Of a stretch of 64,000 nt of DNA, positions 49,401 through 59,182 are shown one piece after another. The translations under genes were made by a program, and so were the position numbers. The DNA lies in assembly GCA_963617695.1 (NCBI GenBank), contig CAVEPV010000004.1, forward strand, positions 26,834 to 90,833, written 5' to 3'. The stretch is from Bacteroidaceae bacterium (GTDB lineage: Bacteria > Actinomycetota > Coriobacteriia > Coriobacteriales > Coriobacteriaceae). Every line of letters starts with the position of its first letter. The first letter of the stretch is position 1. Below the pieces are notes generated by a model that saw only the letters and a list, made by a program, of their open reading frames with translations, ran no database searches and had not been told where the DNA came from.

Positions 49401-50007
49401 GCAGTTGACGCGTGATCTCGCGGTTGATGTCGCGCGCACGCTTGAGATGCTCGTCCATGGAGGCGATCTTGCGCAGCGCGCGCTCTTTGCGGCGCTTGTG
49501 CTTTGAGATGCCGGCAGCCTCTTCGATAAGGGCGCGACGCTCCTCAGGACGGCTCTGCAAAATGGCGTCGAGCTTGCCCTGGGAGATGATCGAGTGGGTG
49601 TCCTTGCCCAGGCCCGAATCATGCAGGATGTCCTGAATGTCCATCAGGCGGCAAGGACTCGAGTTAATGAGGTACTCGCTTTCGCCCGAGCGGTACATGC
49701 GGCGCGTGATGGCCACCTCGTCAAAATCGACGGGGAGCATATGATCGGAATTGTCGAGTACGAGCGTCACCTCAGCGACGCCCACGGGCTTGCGCGCCGA
49801 GGAGCCGGAGAAAATGACGTCCTCCATAGCCTGACCGCGCAGCTGCTTGGCGCTCTGCTCGCCCAGAACCCACAAAATAGCGTCAGAAACGTTAGATTTG
49901 CCCGAGCCGTTGGGGCCCACGATGACCGTCAAGCCCGGCTCGAACGTCATGTGAGCACGGTCGGCAAAGGACTTAAAGCCCTTGAGTGTCAAAGACTTGA
50001 GATACAC
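46471..50007 (-). CDS. smc: chromosome segregation protein SMC
   Basis: GFKSFA, GPNGSGKSN, long coiled coils with hinge, SGGEKSL, LDEVEAALD, ISH. Confidence 0.97.
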   Translation of the reverse strand: MYLKSLTLKGFKSFADRAHMTFEPGLTVIVGPNGSGKSNVSDAILWVLGEQSAKQLRGQAMEDVIFSGSSARKPVGVAEVTLVLDNSDHMLPVDFDEVAITRRMYRSGESEYLINSSPCRLMDIQDILHDSGLGKDTHSIISQGKLDAILQSRPEERRALIEEAAGISKHKRRKERALRKIASMDEHLKRARDINREITRQLRPLERQVDRARKYRDLTDRANELTQILAVDELRRLQALWSDLETSTKETDASLELARYRQQEKQRELEKLQVMLEEKGLFVGDLGEQRRHMQDVVGRIDSDMRLLEEKGRNMVARLSEMRGTLSGAEHQRQRVSEELEGVKAQLDEVRGSSKLAQADVDELSPAAERLHQRRSELDAMISRLTREQREAQRSADSAALEYVKVKETLSNAELEDSMYASRLEQIDEQSENVRASLENRRARADELDVDLAAARDRRQEAKEAIETANAAVADLRRREAEAREKLSEIRSELSSLKKLDERAADASPLVSKIARNNEDDISARLGDVIEAPSDLEALVELLLASDIDAFVVDESAALARVGSYALEQASSSGEALLLSRDAAARGAAEGAAGFRLVERLSVRDGYASAVDALLGGIYVVDSLQAAIAAPQLPGVTYVTRDGARVQAGSVVRVGRAGDAAEGALERKRRIRELSELEPDLSTVFEHATQKVADANRAVVEARATDSDVAGEIAQLEGEKRSLLAEIGRLEQSLNQASSERKQIERRREQAAQAVRDAQPQLDELAATRDESRVRADELTVQIEDANDALESVRREDSEAAGKLADAKVRLAQSTERLKTLESRAPELEHRLEGIDRRIRATRQASRSLEVLRLRVDPLHDRYQLLSQRALDWAARLRDQASIEEADSASLKKTIEDAKAEVEKAKADVDAALAAQNDVKVSRGKLEVQVESAIKAITADGKTVLEDALTLPAPDDRAACERELADLARQINNLGPVNQVAFEEYERLRERADYVATQLADLESARASLTKISAAIDRKMRRQFLTTFEKVDANFREVFSMLFPGGQAHLEMTDPDHPADTGIEVVAQPRGKRITKMMLMSGGEKSLTALALLFAVYRTRTVPFYVLDEVEAALDDSNLSKLIGAIDILRQSTQLLVISHQRRTMEDADVLYGVSMQADGVSRVVSQRLDRETGKVVNA

Positions 50008-50017
50008 CGATTCCTCG

Positions 50018-50743
50018 CTAACCGAGCTTTTTCTTAAGGATCACGCCATTGTGGGTATAGCCCATGCGCTCCAGCGCATCAAGAGCGGCCGCGGCCTCCG
50101 CCTCCTTCTTGGAGGAACCCGTTCCACGCCCACGGCGCACGCCGTCGACAAGCGCCACAGCAGTAAAGGTCGGCTCATGAGCCGGACCAGATGTATCGAT
50201 CAGCTTGTACGAGGGCGGCTCCATGCGGTCGCCCTGCACGCACTCCTGCAAAAAGGATTTAGGGTTCGAGGGGTGCTCAGCGCGCTCGGTTGCCAGATGG
50301 GGCTTAAGGGTGCGCATGATGAACGCCTCCGCGGCCTCCCATCCGCCGTCGATATACAGGGCGCCCACAAGCGCCTCGTATACGTTCTCGAGAGCCGAAT
50401 GCATACCGCGTGCACCGGTGCCGGTCTCGGACGGGCCAAAGATAATGCACGCATCGATCCCTAGCTCAAGGCCCACTTCAGAGAGCGTGGCGCCCGAGAC
50501 GAGCGAGACCTTCAGACGCGTGAGCTTGCCCTCGTCAAAACCGGGATAGGTCTTAAACAAAGCAAGGGCAACAATAGAACCCAAGATGGAGTCGCCCAAA
50601 AACTCAAGGCGTTCATACGAGGCCGAGACGGGCTGACCCTCCACGGCAGAGGGATGCGTGATGGCAGACTGAAGCAGACTTTTATCGGAAAACTCGTGTC
50701 CGCAGATTTCCTGCGCACGCGTGAGCTTTTGTCCTATCGACAC
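50018..50743 (-). CDS. rnc: ribonuclease III
   Basis: ERLEFLGDSIL signature, EALVGALY.D, dsRBD with G.SKKEAE..AA; GTG 50743. Confidence 0.95.
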   Translation of the reverse strand: MSIGQKLTRAQEICGHEFSDKSLLQSAITHPSAVEGQPVSASYERLEFLGDSILGSIVALALFKTYPGFDEGKLTRLKVSLVSGATLSEVGLELGIDACIIFGPSETGTGARGMHSALENVYEALVGALYIDGGWEAAEAFIMRTLKPHLATERAEHPSNPKSFLQECVQGDRMEPPSYKLIDTSGPAHEPTFTAVALVDGVRRGRGTGSSKKEAEAAAALDALERMGYTHNGVILKKKLG

Positions 50744-50747
50744 GCCC

Positions 50748-50990
50748 TCAGTCCTCCAGCGTAGACTGAATGGCCTCGATGGCATCAGACACAGAGTTGA
50801 TCGCTTCGAGCTTTTCATCATCGATCTCGATGTTGAACTCATCTTCCATCGCGGTGACAAGCTGGAGGCGGTCAAGCGAATCGGCGTCGAGGTCCTCAAA
50901 CGTCGTTTCCTCGGTGACGTCGCCTGCCTCGATGCCAAGGACGTCGCTGGCGATGTCTGCAACCTTCTCAAAGATCTCGGAACGCTCCAT
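50748..50990 (-). CDS. acpP: acyl carrier protein
   Basis: 80 aa acidic protein with DLDADSLD phosphopantetheine site. Confidence 0.94.
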   Translation of the reverse strand: MERSEIFEKVADIASDVLGIEAGDVTEETTFEDLDADSLDRLQLVTAMEDEFNIEIDDEKLEAINSVSDAIEAIQSTLED

Positions 50991-51079
50991 AGCGTACCCC
51001 CTTCACCTAAGGGAGGCGCCCAAGAGCGCCCCATGTATCACGGTTGTGATTCTACCCGCATACCGCGGGCGCGAAAAGC

Positions 51080-52099
51080 TTAAGCAACGATGTTCACCAT
51101 AGACGCGGCAAGCTTTTCAACAAGCCCCTGGCGCACGGCCTCGGCAGTAGCCAAGGTGCCGTTCTTTACAGCCTCAACGCTCGTGGCACCATGGCCGATA
51201 AGCACGACTCCGCGCAGGCCCAACAGAACCGCGCCGCCCTTGGCATCGCCCGAAAGCTTGCCTTTGAGTTCACGCAGGCCGCTTTTAAGCAGCAGCGCGG
51301 CAACTTTTCCGGCAAGCGAGCCCAACATAAGGCCCTTAAGCTCGGACATGAGGAACTTGGCGGCACCCTCGGTGGACTTGAGGGCAATATTGCCCGAGAA
51401 GCCGTCGCACACGACCACATCGTAGTTGCCAGACGTGAGGTCACCGCCCTCGCAGTTACCCACAAAACCCGCAACGGATTCCTTCATAAGGGCGAAGCAC
51501 TCCTTAGTGAAATGCGATCCCTTGGTGTCCTCGGTACCGTTGGAAAGCAGGCCCACACGAGGATTCTCGATGCCGCAGACACAGCTCGCATACGTGGCAC
51601 CCATCTGAGCGAAGCGCACCATGTCATCGGGCTCAACGTCGGGGTTGGCGCCCATATCGCACAGAACGGTAAGGCCGCCCGCGCGGTTGGGCAAAGCCGA
51701 AGTGATACAGGGGCGGATGGGGGTCTTACGACCGTCTTGCTCGTACTTGAAGGGCGTCACGTAGGCCGTAGCGGCCGCAGTGATGGCACCGGTGGCGCCA
51801 GCAGAGAAGAAGCCGTCGGCATCCCCCTTCTTCACGGCACGGCATCCGATAACTACCGAGGACTTGCGCTTATGCATAACGGCAGAGATGGGGTCGTCCT
51901 CCATGGTGATGGCGTCGGGGGCAACAAGCGCCTCCACGCGGTCGCGCTCGGCGGCAAACGGTACCACGATGTCCTCGGGTCCCACGGCCAAAACGGTCAG
52001 ACCCTTATCGGCAGCGAGCGCCGCATCGATGCCGGCCAAGACGACCTTGGGCTCCTCATCGCCGCCCATCACGTCGACGCAAACTCGAACCTCATTCAT
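51080..52099 (-). CDS. plsX: phosphate acyltransferase PlsX
   Basis: VDVMGGD, SAG.TGA, RP, D.GAN, N.GTE..KG, F.GN.EG, DGFSGNI.LK, GGA.LLGL, HG. Confidence 0.95.
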   Translation of the reverse strand: MNEVRVCVDVMGGDEEPKVVLAGIDAALAADKGLTVLAVGPEDIVVPFAAERDRVEALVAPDAITMEDDPISAVMHKRKSSVVIGCRAVKKGDADGFFSAGATGAITAAATAYVTPFKYEQDGRKTPIRPCITSALPNRAGGLTVLCDMGANPDVEPDDMVRFAQMGATYASCVCGIENPRVGLLSNGTEDTKGSHFTKECFALMKESVAGFVGNCEGGDLTSGNYDVVVCDGFSGNIALKSTEGAAKFLMSELKGLMLGSLAGKVAALLLKSGLRELKGKLSGDAKGGAVLLGLRGVVLIGHGATSVEAVKNGTLATAEAVRQGLVEKLAASMVNIVA

Positions 52100-52221
52100 G
52101 GGATAAGCCCCCTTCATAGCAATATGGCCGACTCCATGAGCCGGCCATACCTGTTTCAGATCTTTCACGCCATGCGAAACTAGACCAATGATGCAGCGCG
52201 CAGCATTACCTTAAGCAAAAG

Positions 52222-52401
52222 CTACTCGGTAACGATGACCTCGCGATCCTTGTAGAAGCCACAGTTCGGGCAGACGTGGTGAGGAAGCTTAACGGCGCCG
52301 CAACGAGGGCAAACGGAGCGGGACGGAGCCTCGATCTTCATGTTGGCGGAACGACGGGAGTGAGTAGCTCCACGACCCTTTTTCTGCTTAGGTACTGGCA
52401 T
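52222..52401 (-). CDS. rpmF: 50S ribosomal protein L32, Zn-ribbon form (not in the ORF track)
   Basis: own translation MPVPKQKKGRGATHSRRSANMKIEAPSRSVCPRCGAVKLPHHVCPNCGFYKDREVIVTE (59 aa); SD GGAAGG. Confidence 0.96.
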   Translation of the reverse strand: MPVPKQKKGRGATHSRRSANMKIEAPSRSVCPRCGAVKLPHHVCPNCGFYKDREVIVTE

Positions 52402-52525
52402 GATGACCTTCCTTATACATAACTATTGCCTGGCACATTTACGCGCAAGCAACGATACTAACACATCCATCGTATGTCTACGAGTATTTTTTCCTTATCA
52501 AAGGTTGACCATAAACAAGGAACAG

Positions 52526-53080
52526 CTACTCGTCGAGCTTAAGATCCTTCAGCGCGGCAAAGGGATTGCGGGCATCATCTGCCCACGACTCTTCCTGCGC
52601 ACGCTCACACGAGCACGTCTCGTGGTTGAGGTTGGCGCCGCACGTGGGGCACAGACCTGCACAATCGGGCTTACAGAGCACCACAAAGGGCGTGTCCATA
52701 ACCACCGCGTCGGCAATAGCGCAGGACAGGTCGACCGTGCGCTCGGGAGTAACCAGATCGAACCCGTCTTCGTAGGCCTCAGGATCTTCGGGCTCTTCGA
52801 AGAGGAAATATTCCTCGATCTCACCCGCGACGTCAAAGGCTGCAGGCTCCAGGCAGCGGTCGCACTCCCCCGTCACCGATGCACGCACCAGACCGGTGGC
52901 CAAAATGCCATCCCCGGCATTGGTGAGGACCACGTCATACGAGATACCGTCGGCAAGCGTGAACTCTTTCTCGCCCGCCGTATAAGTCGCTACGTCAATA
53001 CGCCCAGATACGGGAAGGGAGTCGCCGGGGTTATCGATCTTGTCTGTGAGGTCGATAACAACGGGATCAAAATCGGCCAT
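52526..53080 (-). CDS. DUF177/YceD family 23S rRNA accumulation protein
   Basis: CDRCL, LCKPDCAGLCPTCGANLN..C.C, PFAALKDL; upstream of rpmF. Confidence 0.92.
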   Translation of the reverse strand: MADFDPVVIDLTDKIDNPGDSLPVSGRIDVATYTAGEKEFTLADGISYDVVLTNAGDGILATGLVRASVTGECDRCLEPAAFDVAGEIEEYFLFEEPEDPEAYEDGFDLVTPERTVDLSCAIADAVVMDTPFVVLCKPDCAGLCPTCGANLNHETCSCERAQEESWADDARNPFAALKDLKLDE

Positions 53081-53082
53081 AA

Positions 53083-53583
53083 CTACCAAGCACCGTTCTG
53101 CTGGCTGCCAGCACCCTCGTTGAGCTGCTGACGGCAGCGCGCGACGGTACCGGTAAGGCTCTTGAGGTTCTCCTCAAGATGCGTAAAGACCTGCTCAGCA
53201 TAGTCCTCGGCGGCATAACGCGTCTCGCGCTCGTACTGTTGGGCACGGTCGCGAATATCGTCGGCCTGCTGCTGGGCAAGACGAACGATCTCCTGCTCAC
53301 CGGCGATAGTCAGAGCCTGCTGCTGAGCGTCAGCGATGATTGAGTCGGCTTGAGCGGTGGCAGAGGCCATGAGCTCATCGCGCTCCTTCAGGATGCGACG
53401 GGACTTTTGCCATTCCTCGGGATAGCTCATGCGAATCTCGTCGAGGATATTGTAGAAGACCTCGGTTTCGATGACCTTGAACTGGGCGTTCTTGCCGAAA
53501 GGCGGCTTTGCATCCTCAATGAGACCCTCGAGCTCGTCTACGAGGCTCTCGATCCTCTCGCCAGGAAAGTTGTCGCCAGCCAT
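53083..53583 (-). CDS. coiled-coil protein, SepIVA/DivIVA-like
   Basis: LVDELE..IEDAK..P, P.E....R.I and A...A..I...A helical repeats; coaD-X-yceD position as for mycobacterial sepIVA. Confidence 0.65.
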   Translation of the reverse strand: MAGDNFPGERIESLVDELEGLIEDAKPPFGKNAQFKVIETEVFYNILDEIRMSYPEEWQKSRRILKERDELMASATAQADSIIADAQQQALTIAGEQEIVRLAQQQADDIRDRAQQYERETRYAAEDYAEQVFTHLEENLKSLTGTVARCRQQLNEGAGSQQNGAW

Positions 53584-53670
53584 CCTGTCTCCCTTCCTTT
53601 GTTTACAGTCAATCGCTTATGGTAGCACATGACCTGCAGATAAAGCCCCCATAGATGCGCCTTATGTTGC

Positions 53671-54165
53671 TTACTTGAACCGTACCTCAAGGGCCCGAGC
53701 CACGTTTTGAGGCACAAAGCCGGAGACGTCCCCGCCAAACGATGCGATCTGTCGCACAACAGAAGACGAAATATAGCCGAACTGAGGAGCGCTCATGATA
53801 AAGATCGACTCAAGCTCCGAATCAAGGCGGTAGTTGAGGTCGGCCTGCTGCAGCTCGTACTCAAAGTCCGTCATCGCGCGTAGGCCCTTTACCAGAGCAC
53901 CCGCCTTTTGCTCGTGGGCAAAATCGACCAGCAGGCCACAAAACGGCTTGACCACCACGTTAGGAATGGAGGAGAGGGCCTCGGTGGCAAGCGCAACACG
54001 CTCATCCAGGGAGAACGTGGTGCCCGTACCGTTCTTGCCAAGCGACTCGGCCACCGCCACGGTGACGCGAGGAAAAAGACGAGCCGCACGCCGCACGACG
54101 TCGATGTGGCCGTAGGTGATGGGGTCAAAAGTGCCGGGAACGAGGGCGTGCTCGATGGTCTGCAT
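53671..54165 (-). CDS. coaD: pantetheine-phosphate adenylyltransferase
   Basis: PGTFDPITYGHID, KGLRA..DFEYE, ISSS.VR. Confidence 0.96.
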   Translation of the reverse strand: MQTIEHALVPGTFDPITYGHIDVVRRAARLFPRVTVAVAESLGKNGTGTTFSLDERVALATEALSSIPNVVVKPFCGLLVDFAHEQKAGALVKGLRAMTDFEYELQQADLNYRLDSELESIFIMSAPQFGYISSSVVRQIASFGGDVSGFVPQNVARALEVRFK

Positions 54166-54217
54166 ATGATTCGGCTTTCTGATTATTGCAGGTATAGATG
54201 TTGCGAATACGGGGCGA

Positions 54218-54808
54218 CTAGAGACCTTGCGAAGCCGGCTCGTAGCGCAGGAGGTCTACGGCTGTGATGCCGTAGCGCTTCTCGCGCTCAACGCTAAAGC
54301 CCTCCGGGCGCGCCCCGGCGTCGCTCGCGGCATGCTCAATCAACGCAAGTGCACGAGGAGCGAGGAGACCAGCCGACGCGAGGGACGAGAGCAGCTCTTC
54401 GGCAGGAGCTGCGCCCATGGCGTATGGTGCATCGATCATCACAAGGTCAAACGGTGCACCAACCACACGTCCGCGCTTGGCAGAGCCAAGAACGTCGCCG
54501 CACACAACGGCAAAGCGACCAGAGCCGCAGCAAACCGATTCGAGGTTTTTGCGTATCAAGGCCGCAGCCGGGCGGTCGATATCGAAAAAGGTCGCATGAG
54601 CCGCCCCGCGCGAGAGCATCTCGATACCAAGGGCACCGGAGCCCGCGAACGCGTCGAGAACCGAAACGCCTTCGATACCGTGGTCGAGCGCGGAATCGAC
54701 CATCGAACCCATCGCCTCGCGCACACGGTCGGTCGTGGGCCTCGTCACCTCGCGGCCCGAAGGTTCTGCGATCTTGCGGCCGCGCCACTCGCCAGACACG
54801 ATTCTCAT
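54218..54808 (-). CDS. rsmD: 16S rRNA m2G966 methyltransferase
   Basis: MRIVSG...GR, RPTTDRVREA, LDAFAGSGALG.E.LSRG, DAPY, RYG. Confidence 0.92.
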   Translation of the reverse strand: MRIVSGEWRGRKIAEPSGREVTRPTTDRVREAMGSMVDSALDHGIEGVSVLDAFAGSGALGIEMLSRGAAHATFFDIDRPAAALIRKNLESVCCGSGRFAVVCGDVLGSAKRGRVVGAPFDLVMIDAPYAMGAAPAEELLSSLASAGLLAPRALALIEHAASDAGARPEGFSVEREKRYGITAVDLLRYEPASQGL

Positions 54809-56982
54809 CCGCCGGCCACCTCCTTGAAAATGTCTCCATAGCGGTCAACGACGCACAAGCGTAACGGATAGGTAGCCGTGGCGGCAAGGGTCGGCGCATA
54901 CCGCAGAAGCTCCATAGCGTCCTCGTGGGCAGCTTCGATGATGTCGACGTCGGCCTCCAGATCAACAAAACGCAGGGAAACGCCGCCGTGCTGACGAAAG
55001 CCCAAAATCTCGCCCTCGTGGCGCAATCTCAGGTCCATCTCCGCCAGAGCAAAGCCATCTTCGCTCTTCTCGAGCGACTCCAAGCGGTCGGTCGCTGGCG
55101 TATGACGTTTTCCAGAGGTTCCCTGGGCGATCACGTAACACGCACCCTCAAGCTCGCCTCGGCCTACGCGGCCACGCAGCTGGTGCAAGGTCGCTAACCC
55201 AAAGCGCTCGCCATTCTCGATGAGCATCACCGTGGCGTTAGGGACGTCCACGCCGACCTCGACCACCGTGGTCGAGACCAAAATATCAATCTCCCCAGCC
55301 CTGAATGAGTCGATGACCTCGTCTTTCTTACGAGCCGAAAGCTTGCCATGCAAAAGGCCGATGCGGGCCTGCCGAAACACGTGAGAGAGGTGCTCAGCCT
55401 CCGTCACCGCAGCATGAAGAGGTGCGCGGTTCACAGGCTCGCCGTCATCCCCCCGCTCAAGTGTCGGCACGTCCTGAGACTCCTCGTCTTTCTCGCCCGG
55501 CTCAACCAGAGGGCAGATTACATAGGCCTGTCTCCCCTGCCCGATCGCTTCGCGCAGGGCACCGTAGGCTATGTCACGATTAGCCTCATCGAGCACCTTA
55601 GTTCTAACGCCCGCTCCGGGTACCGGACGATGGCGGATGATGCTCGTCTCCAAGTCGCCGTAAACAGACAAGGCAAGAGTGCGCGGAATAGGCGTGGCCG
55701 TCATGACGAGCAGGTCGGCACCCGGGCCTTTCGATCGCAGAGCGCATCGCTGGCCTACGCCGAATCGATGCTGTTCGTCGATGACCACCAGCGAGAGACG
55801 CGCGAACTCAACCTCGTCGTTCAGCACGGCATGCGTGCCAAACAGCACGTCGATCTCTCCTCGCCCAAGGCGCTCGATAATCGATTCGCGCTCCTGAGGC
55901 CTGGTCGATCCCGTGAGCAGCGCACAGCGCACGCCGGCTTGCTCAAGAATCGGCATACAGGACGAGGCATACTGACGCGCGAGTACGCTCGTGGGAGCCA
56001 TCACGCAGCCCTGGGCGCCCGTGTCGGCGCAAGCGGCCAGAACGACGGATGCCACCGCCGTCTTGCCGGTGCCGACGTCACCCAAGAGAAGGCGATTCAT
56101 CACATGATCGCAGCTTTGCATGTCAGCAAGAATCTCGTCAGCCGCCTGACGCTGTTCGTCTGAAAGCTCAAACGGAAGGGCCGCGAGCACGCCTGAAACA
56201 TGCTCGCCCACCACATGAGCAACCGGTTCCACGTTAAGCAGATTCGTGTCGTTACGAAGGCGCAAAGCCAACTGCAGCAGCAGGACCTCATCGTATGCCA
56301 GACGACGGCGCGCCAAGTCGCGCTCACTAAAACTCGAAGGGAAGTGAATGCACCGATAAGCACGAGAAAGACTCATAAGGTGGCGCTTCGCACGCAGGCG
56401 TGCCGGCAAGGGGTCGCAAAAGGTATCGACACGTTCAAGCGCCCCCGAGACAATGCGGCGCATCCAAGCGGGCGTGAGCTTCTCTCCCGCCGGATGAACA
56501 GGCAGAATGGTCCCCGCAGCGGCGCTCTTGTCGAGGATCTCGTAATGCGGAGAAGACATCTGCTTGAAGCCGTACGAGAACTCAACCTTGCCCATGACCG
56601 CAATCCGGTCACCCTCATGAAGCTGCTGCGCAATCCAAGGCTGCCGGAAGAACGCAACGTTCAGGATGCCCGTCTCATCCGCAAGAGTCACCTCAGTGAC
56701 CGTGAGATTAGGCCGCGGATGTTTTTGGTTCACCCGGTAAACACTCGCTACGATGGTTGCAATCGTGCCTATCGGGACCTGCTCAATAAGCAGAGCATGT
56801 TTGAAATCAAGATAGCGCCGTGGGACGCATGAAAGCAGGTCGCCAACCGTATTGATGCCCCGCCTGCGAAGAGCCTCTTCGCGCGCGGTCGACACATAAG
56901 CGAGGCGGGCGATATCCTCCATGAGGATATTCGCCCGCCCAAGGCGCGCGGAAACCTGTGGTATTTCGATCCTGCGCGCCAT
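54805..56982 (-). CDS. recG: ATP-dependent DNA helicase RecG
   Basis: MNRLLLGDVGTGKT, GTHA, DEQHRFG, MTATPIPRTL, TTVVEVGVDVPNA, LHQLRGRVGRG. Confidence 0.96.
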   Translation of the reverse strand: MARRIEIPQVSARLGRANILMEDIARLAYVSTAREEALRRRGINTVGDLLSCVPRRYLDFKHALLIEQVPIGTIATIVASVYRVNQKHPRPNLTVTEVTLADETGILNVAFFRQPWIAQQLHEGDRIAVMGKVEFSYGFKQMSSPHYEILDKSAAAGTILPVHPAGEKLTPAWMRRIVSGALERVDTFCDPLPARLRAKRHLMSLSRAYRCIHFPSSFSERDLARRRLAYDEVLLLQLALRLRNDTNLLNVEPVAHVVGEHVSGVLAALPFELSDEQRQAADEILADMQSCDHVMNRLLLGDVGTGKTAVASVVLAACADTGAQGCVMAPTSVLARQYASSCMPILEQAGVRCALLTGSTRPQERESIIERLGRGEIDVLFGTHAVLNDEVEFARLSLVVIDEQHRFGVGQRCALRSKGPGADLLVMTATPIPRTLALSVYGDLETSIIRHRPVPGAGVRTKVLDEANRDIAYGALREAIGQGRQAYVICPLVEPGEKDEESQDVPTLERGDDGEPVNRAPLHAAVTEAEHLSHVFRQARIGLLHGKLSARKKDEVIDSFRAGEIDILVSTTVVEVGVDVPNATVMLIENGERFGLATLHQLRGRVGRGELEGACYVIAQGTSGKRHTPATDRLESLEKSEDGFALAEMDLRLRHEGEILGFRQHGGVSLRFVDLEADVDIIEAAHEDAMELLRYAPTLAATATYPLRLCVVDRYGDIFKEVAGG

Positions 56983-56998
56983 CTTCTGTTTGCAAGAT

Positions 56999-58663
56999 CT
57001 ATTCGATAGAGAAGATCACAGGGTACAAAGGCTGTTCGCCGCGATGCGAGTCGATCTCGAGATCGGGCTGAGCCTCCTCAATTGCATCGAGGATAGCCTG
57101 GAAGTCATCATCATTCAGATCGGAACCAGCCAAGATGGTAAGGGTGTCACCTTCGTCCTCTTCCTGCATGCGATTGATGCAGTCAAGCGTGACCTGAAGC
57201 ACGTCGGAACCCACCACGTCGATGGAGCCGCCGATGATGCCCATAACATCGCCCGCGTGAATGGGGGCGCCGTCAGAAGCGGAGCTGTCACGCACCGCGG
57301 TGGTGACCTCGCCATCGCGTACCTCGGCAATGGCATCGGTCATGGTCTCGACGACATCATCGAAGTCGGCGTCGGGAAGCACGCCGAACAGGGCGGAAAA
57401 CGCCTGAGGGATGGTCTTGGTGGGGACAACGGCGACCTTCTTGTCCGTACAGGCAGAGGCAGCAGCCTCGGCGGCCATACGGATATTACCGTTGTTGGGA
57501 AGGATGATGACAGCCTCGGCGTTCACCTTGTCAACAGCCTCAAGCAGGTCGGCCGTAGAGGGGTTCATGGTCTGACCACCCGAGACGATCATATCGACGC
57601 CGAGGGATTTAAGGATCTCGGCCTGGCCGGAACCGGCAGCGACCGCCACAAAACCCAGAGGCTTCGCGGGCTCGGCGGCCTCTTGCTGGTCGGCCTTGAT
57701 CTTGGCCGTGCGCTCATGGGACTCCATATCCATGTTGTGGATAAAGACCTCATAGACCTGGCCATACTTGAGCATATGCGCAAGAACCTTGTCAGGCGTG
57801 TTGGAGTGCACGTGCACCTTGTAGTCGGGATAAGCGCCCACCAGCAGCTCGCAGTCGCCCATGGAGGCAAGGAACTTCAGGCACTTCTCCTCGTCGAACT
57901 TCTTCTCTGCCTTGAAGAGGAACTCGTTGCAGTAACGGAACTCAGAGCCTTCCCAGTCGTCGTTCGCCTCGATCTCAACGCGACCAAGCGCATTCTCCTT
58001 GGCGCTCGCGGCGTCAGCATCAAACGTAGCGGAGAAGCCCTCGATGGCGGCAGAGCGGCCAAGCGCGGCGGAAACGAAGTTCTCGACAAAGATGGCAAAA
58101 CCAAAGGCACCAGAGTCGACCACGCCGTTCTCCTTAAGCACCGGCAGGAGATCTGGCGTGCGGGCCACGGACTGGTACGCCTCGACAACCACGGCGTCAA
58201 GCGCATCGGCCGCGGACATCTTCTTCTTGGCGCACTCGTCGGCCTTGGTGGAAATGTCGCGCAAAACCGTCAGGATCGTGCCCTCGACGGGCTTACGAAC
58301 AGCCTGGAAGGCGACCTTAACAGCCGAACGGAGAGCTGCCGCCACATCCGCACTGCTCACAGGGTTGCTCGCGCCAACGAGACCCTCGGCCACACCGCGA
58401 AGAATCTGAGAGGTGATAACGCCTGAGTTTCCGCGAGCGCCCATAAGGGAGCCGTGCGTGATGGCGCCGGCAACGGCCTGCATATCGCAATCGGCGGGCA
58501 GGGCGTTCAGCTCCTTCACCACAGAAGCGAGCGTAAGCGACATGTTGGTACCGGTGTCGCCATCGGGAACCGGGAAGACGTTCAGCTTGTTGATCTCTTC
58601 GGCTTTATCGGCAACAGCCTTGGCGGCCACGGGAAAGCACGTGCGAACGGTATTGGCAATCAT
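56999..58663 (-). CDS. fakA: DAK2-domain fatty acid kinase subunit (FakA/YloV)
   Basis: LNVFPVPDGDTGTNM, GARGNSGVI, KPVEGTILTV, VVDSG, KVHVH, GGQTMNPS, LPNN, GEQPLY. Confidence 0.93.
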   Translation of the reverse strand: MIANTVRTCFPVAAKAVADKAEEINKLNVFPVPDGDTGTNMSLTLASVVKELNALPADCDMQAVAGAITHGSLMGARGNSGVITSQILRGVAEGLVGASNPVSSADVAAALRSAVKVAFQAVRKPVEGTILTVLRDISTKADECAKKKMSAADALDAVVVEAYQSVARTPDLLPVLKENGVVDSGAFGFAIFVENFVSAALGRSAAIEGFSATFDADAASAKENALGRVEIEANDDWEGSEFRYCNEFLFKAEKKFDEEKCLKFLASMGDCELLVGAYPDYKVHVHSNTPDKVLAHMLKYGQVYEVFIHNMDMESHERTAKIKADQQEAAEPAKPLGFVAVAAGSGQAEILKSLGVDMIVSGGQTMNPSTADLLEAVDKVNAEAVIILPNNGNIRMAAEAAASACTDKKVAVVPTKTIPQAFSALFGVLPDADFDDVVETMTDAIAEVRDGEVTTAVRDSSASDGAPIHAGDVMGIIGGSIDVVGSDVLQVTLDCINRMQEEDEGDTLTILAGSDLNDDDFQAILDAIEEAQPDLEIDSHRGEQPLYPVIFSIE

Positions 58664-58690
58664 ATTCTGTATTTCTCCGATAAACGAGGA

Positions 58691-59044
58691 CTAGCCGCGA
58701 GACTTAAGGGCGTCGATATGGATAGCGATGGAGAGATGCGCGGGGTCGATCTGCGCGATCTCGGCCAGCGTGAAGGCAACGGAGCTGGAGAGGTTCTCGC
58801 TCACGGACTTCATGTTCACGCCGTTCTCAAGGACAACGTGAAGGTCAACGGACAGACCGTCCTCGGTCGTAGAGACCAGAACGCCTTTACGAAGACGCTG
58901 ACCGGGCAGCAGGCGAACGCTCTCGGCGCCCTGCAGCTGTTCGGCCATGCCCACAACTCCGTAGCAGGACAGGGCGGCATAACCGGCGATATCGGCAATG
59001 ACGTCGTTAGAAACGCTCAGGGTGCCGGCGATGGTATCAGACAC
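58691..59044 (-). CDS. Asp23/Gls24 family protein (YloU-like)
   Basis: VIADIAG.AA..CYGVVGMA, KGV; directly upstream of fakA. Confidence 0.9.
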   Translation of the reverse strand: MSDTIAGTLSVSNDVIADIAGYAALSCYGVVGMAEQLQGAESVRLLPGQRLRKGVLVSTTEDGLSVDLHVVLENGVNMKSVSENLSSSVAFTLAEIAQIDPAHLSIAIHIDALKSRG

Positions 59045-59182
59045 GGAAATCTCCTTTCCAGATGCGCGGAGCGCATCGTCCGCGGGAGCAATCGTTCAGG
59101 TATTTTACAACGAGCCTGCAGACTCGTGGGAAAAATCACGAACCGTGCGCGTCCGGCGCAGACCCCCGGACGCAAAGGGGAG

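Noticed and set aside
50018..51034. 338-aa ORF suggesting an extended RNase III or an ACP-Rnc frameshift fusion
   Set aside because: The extension is an alternative frame over acpP; acpP has its own stop, rnc has a GTG with GGAGG upstream, and I see no slippery site
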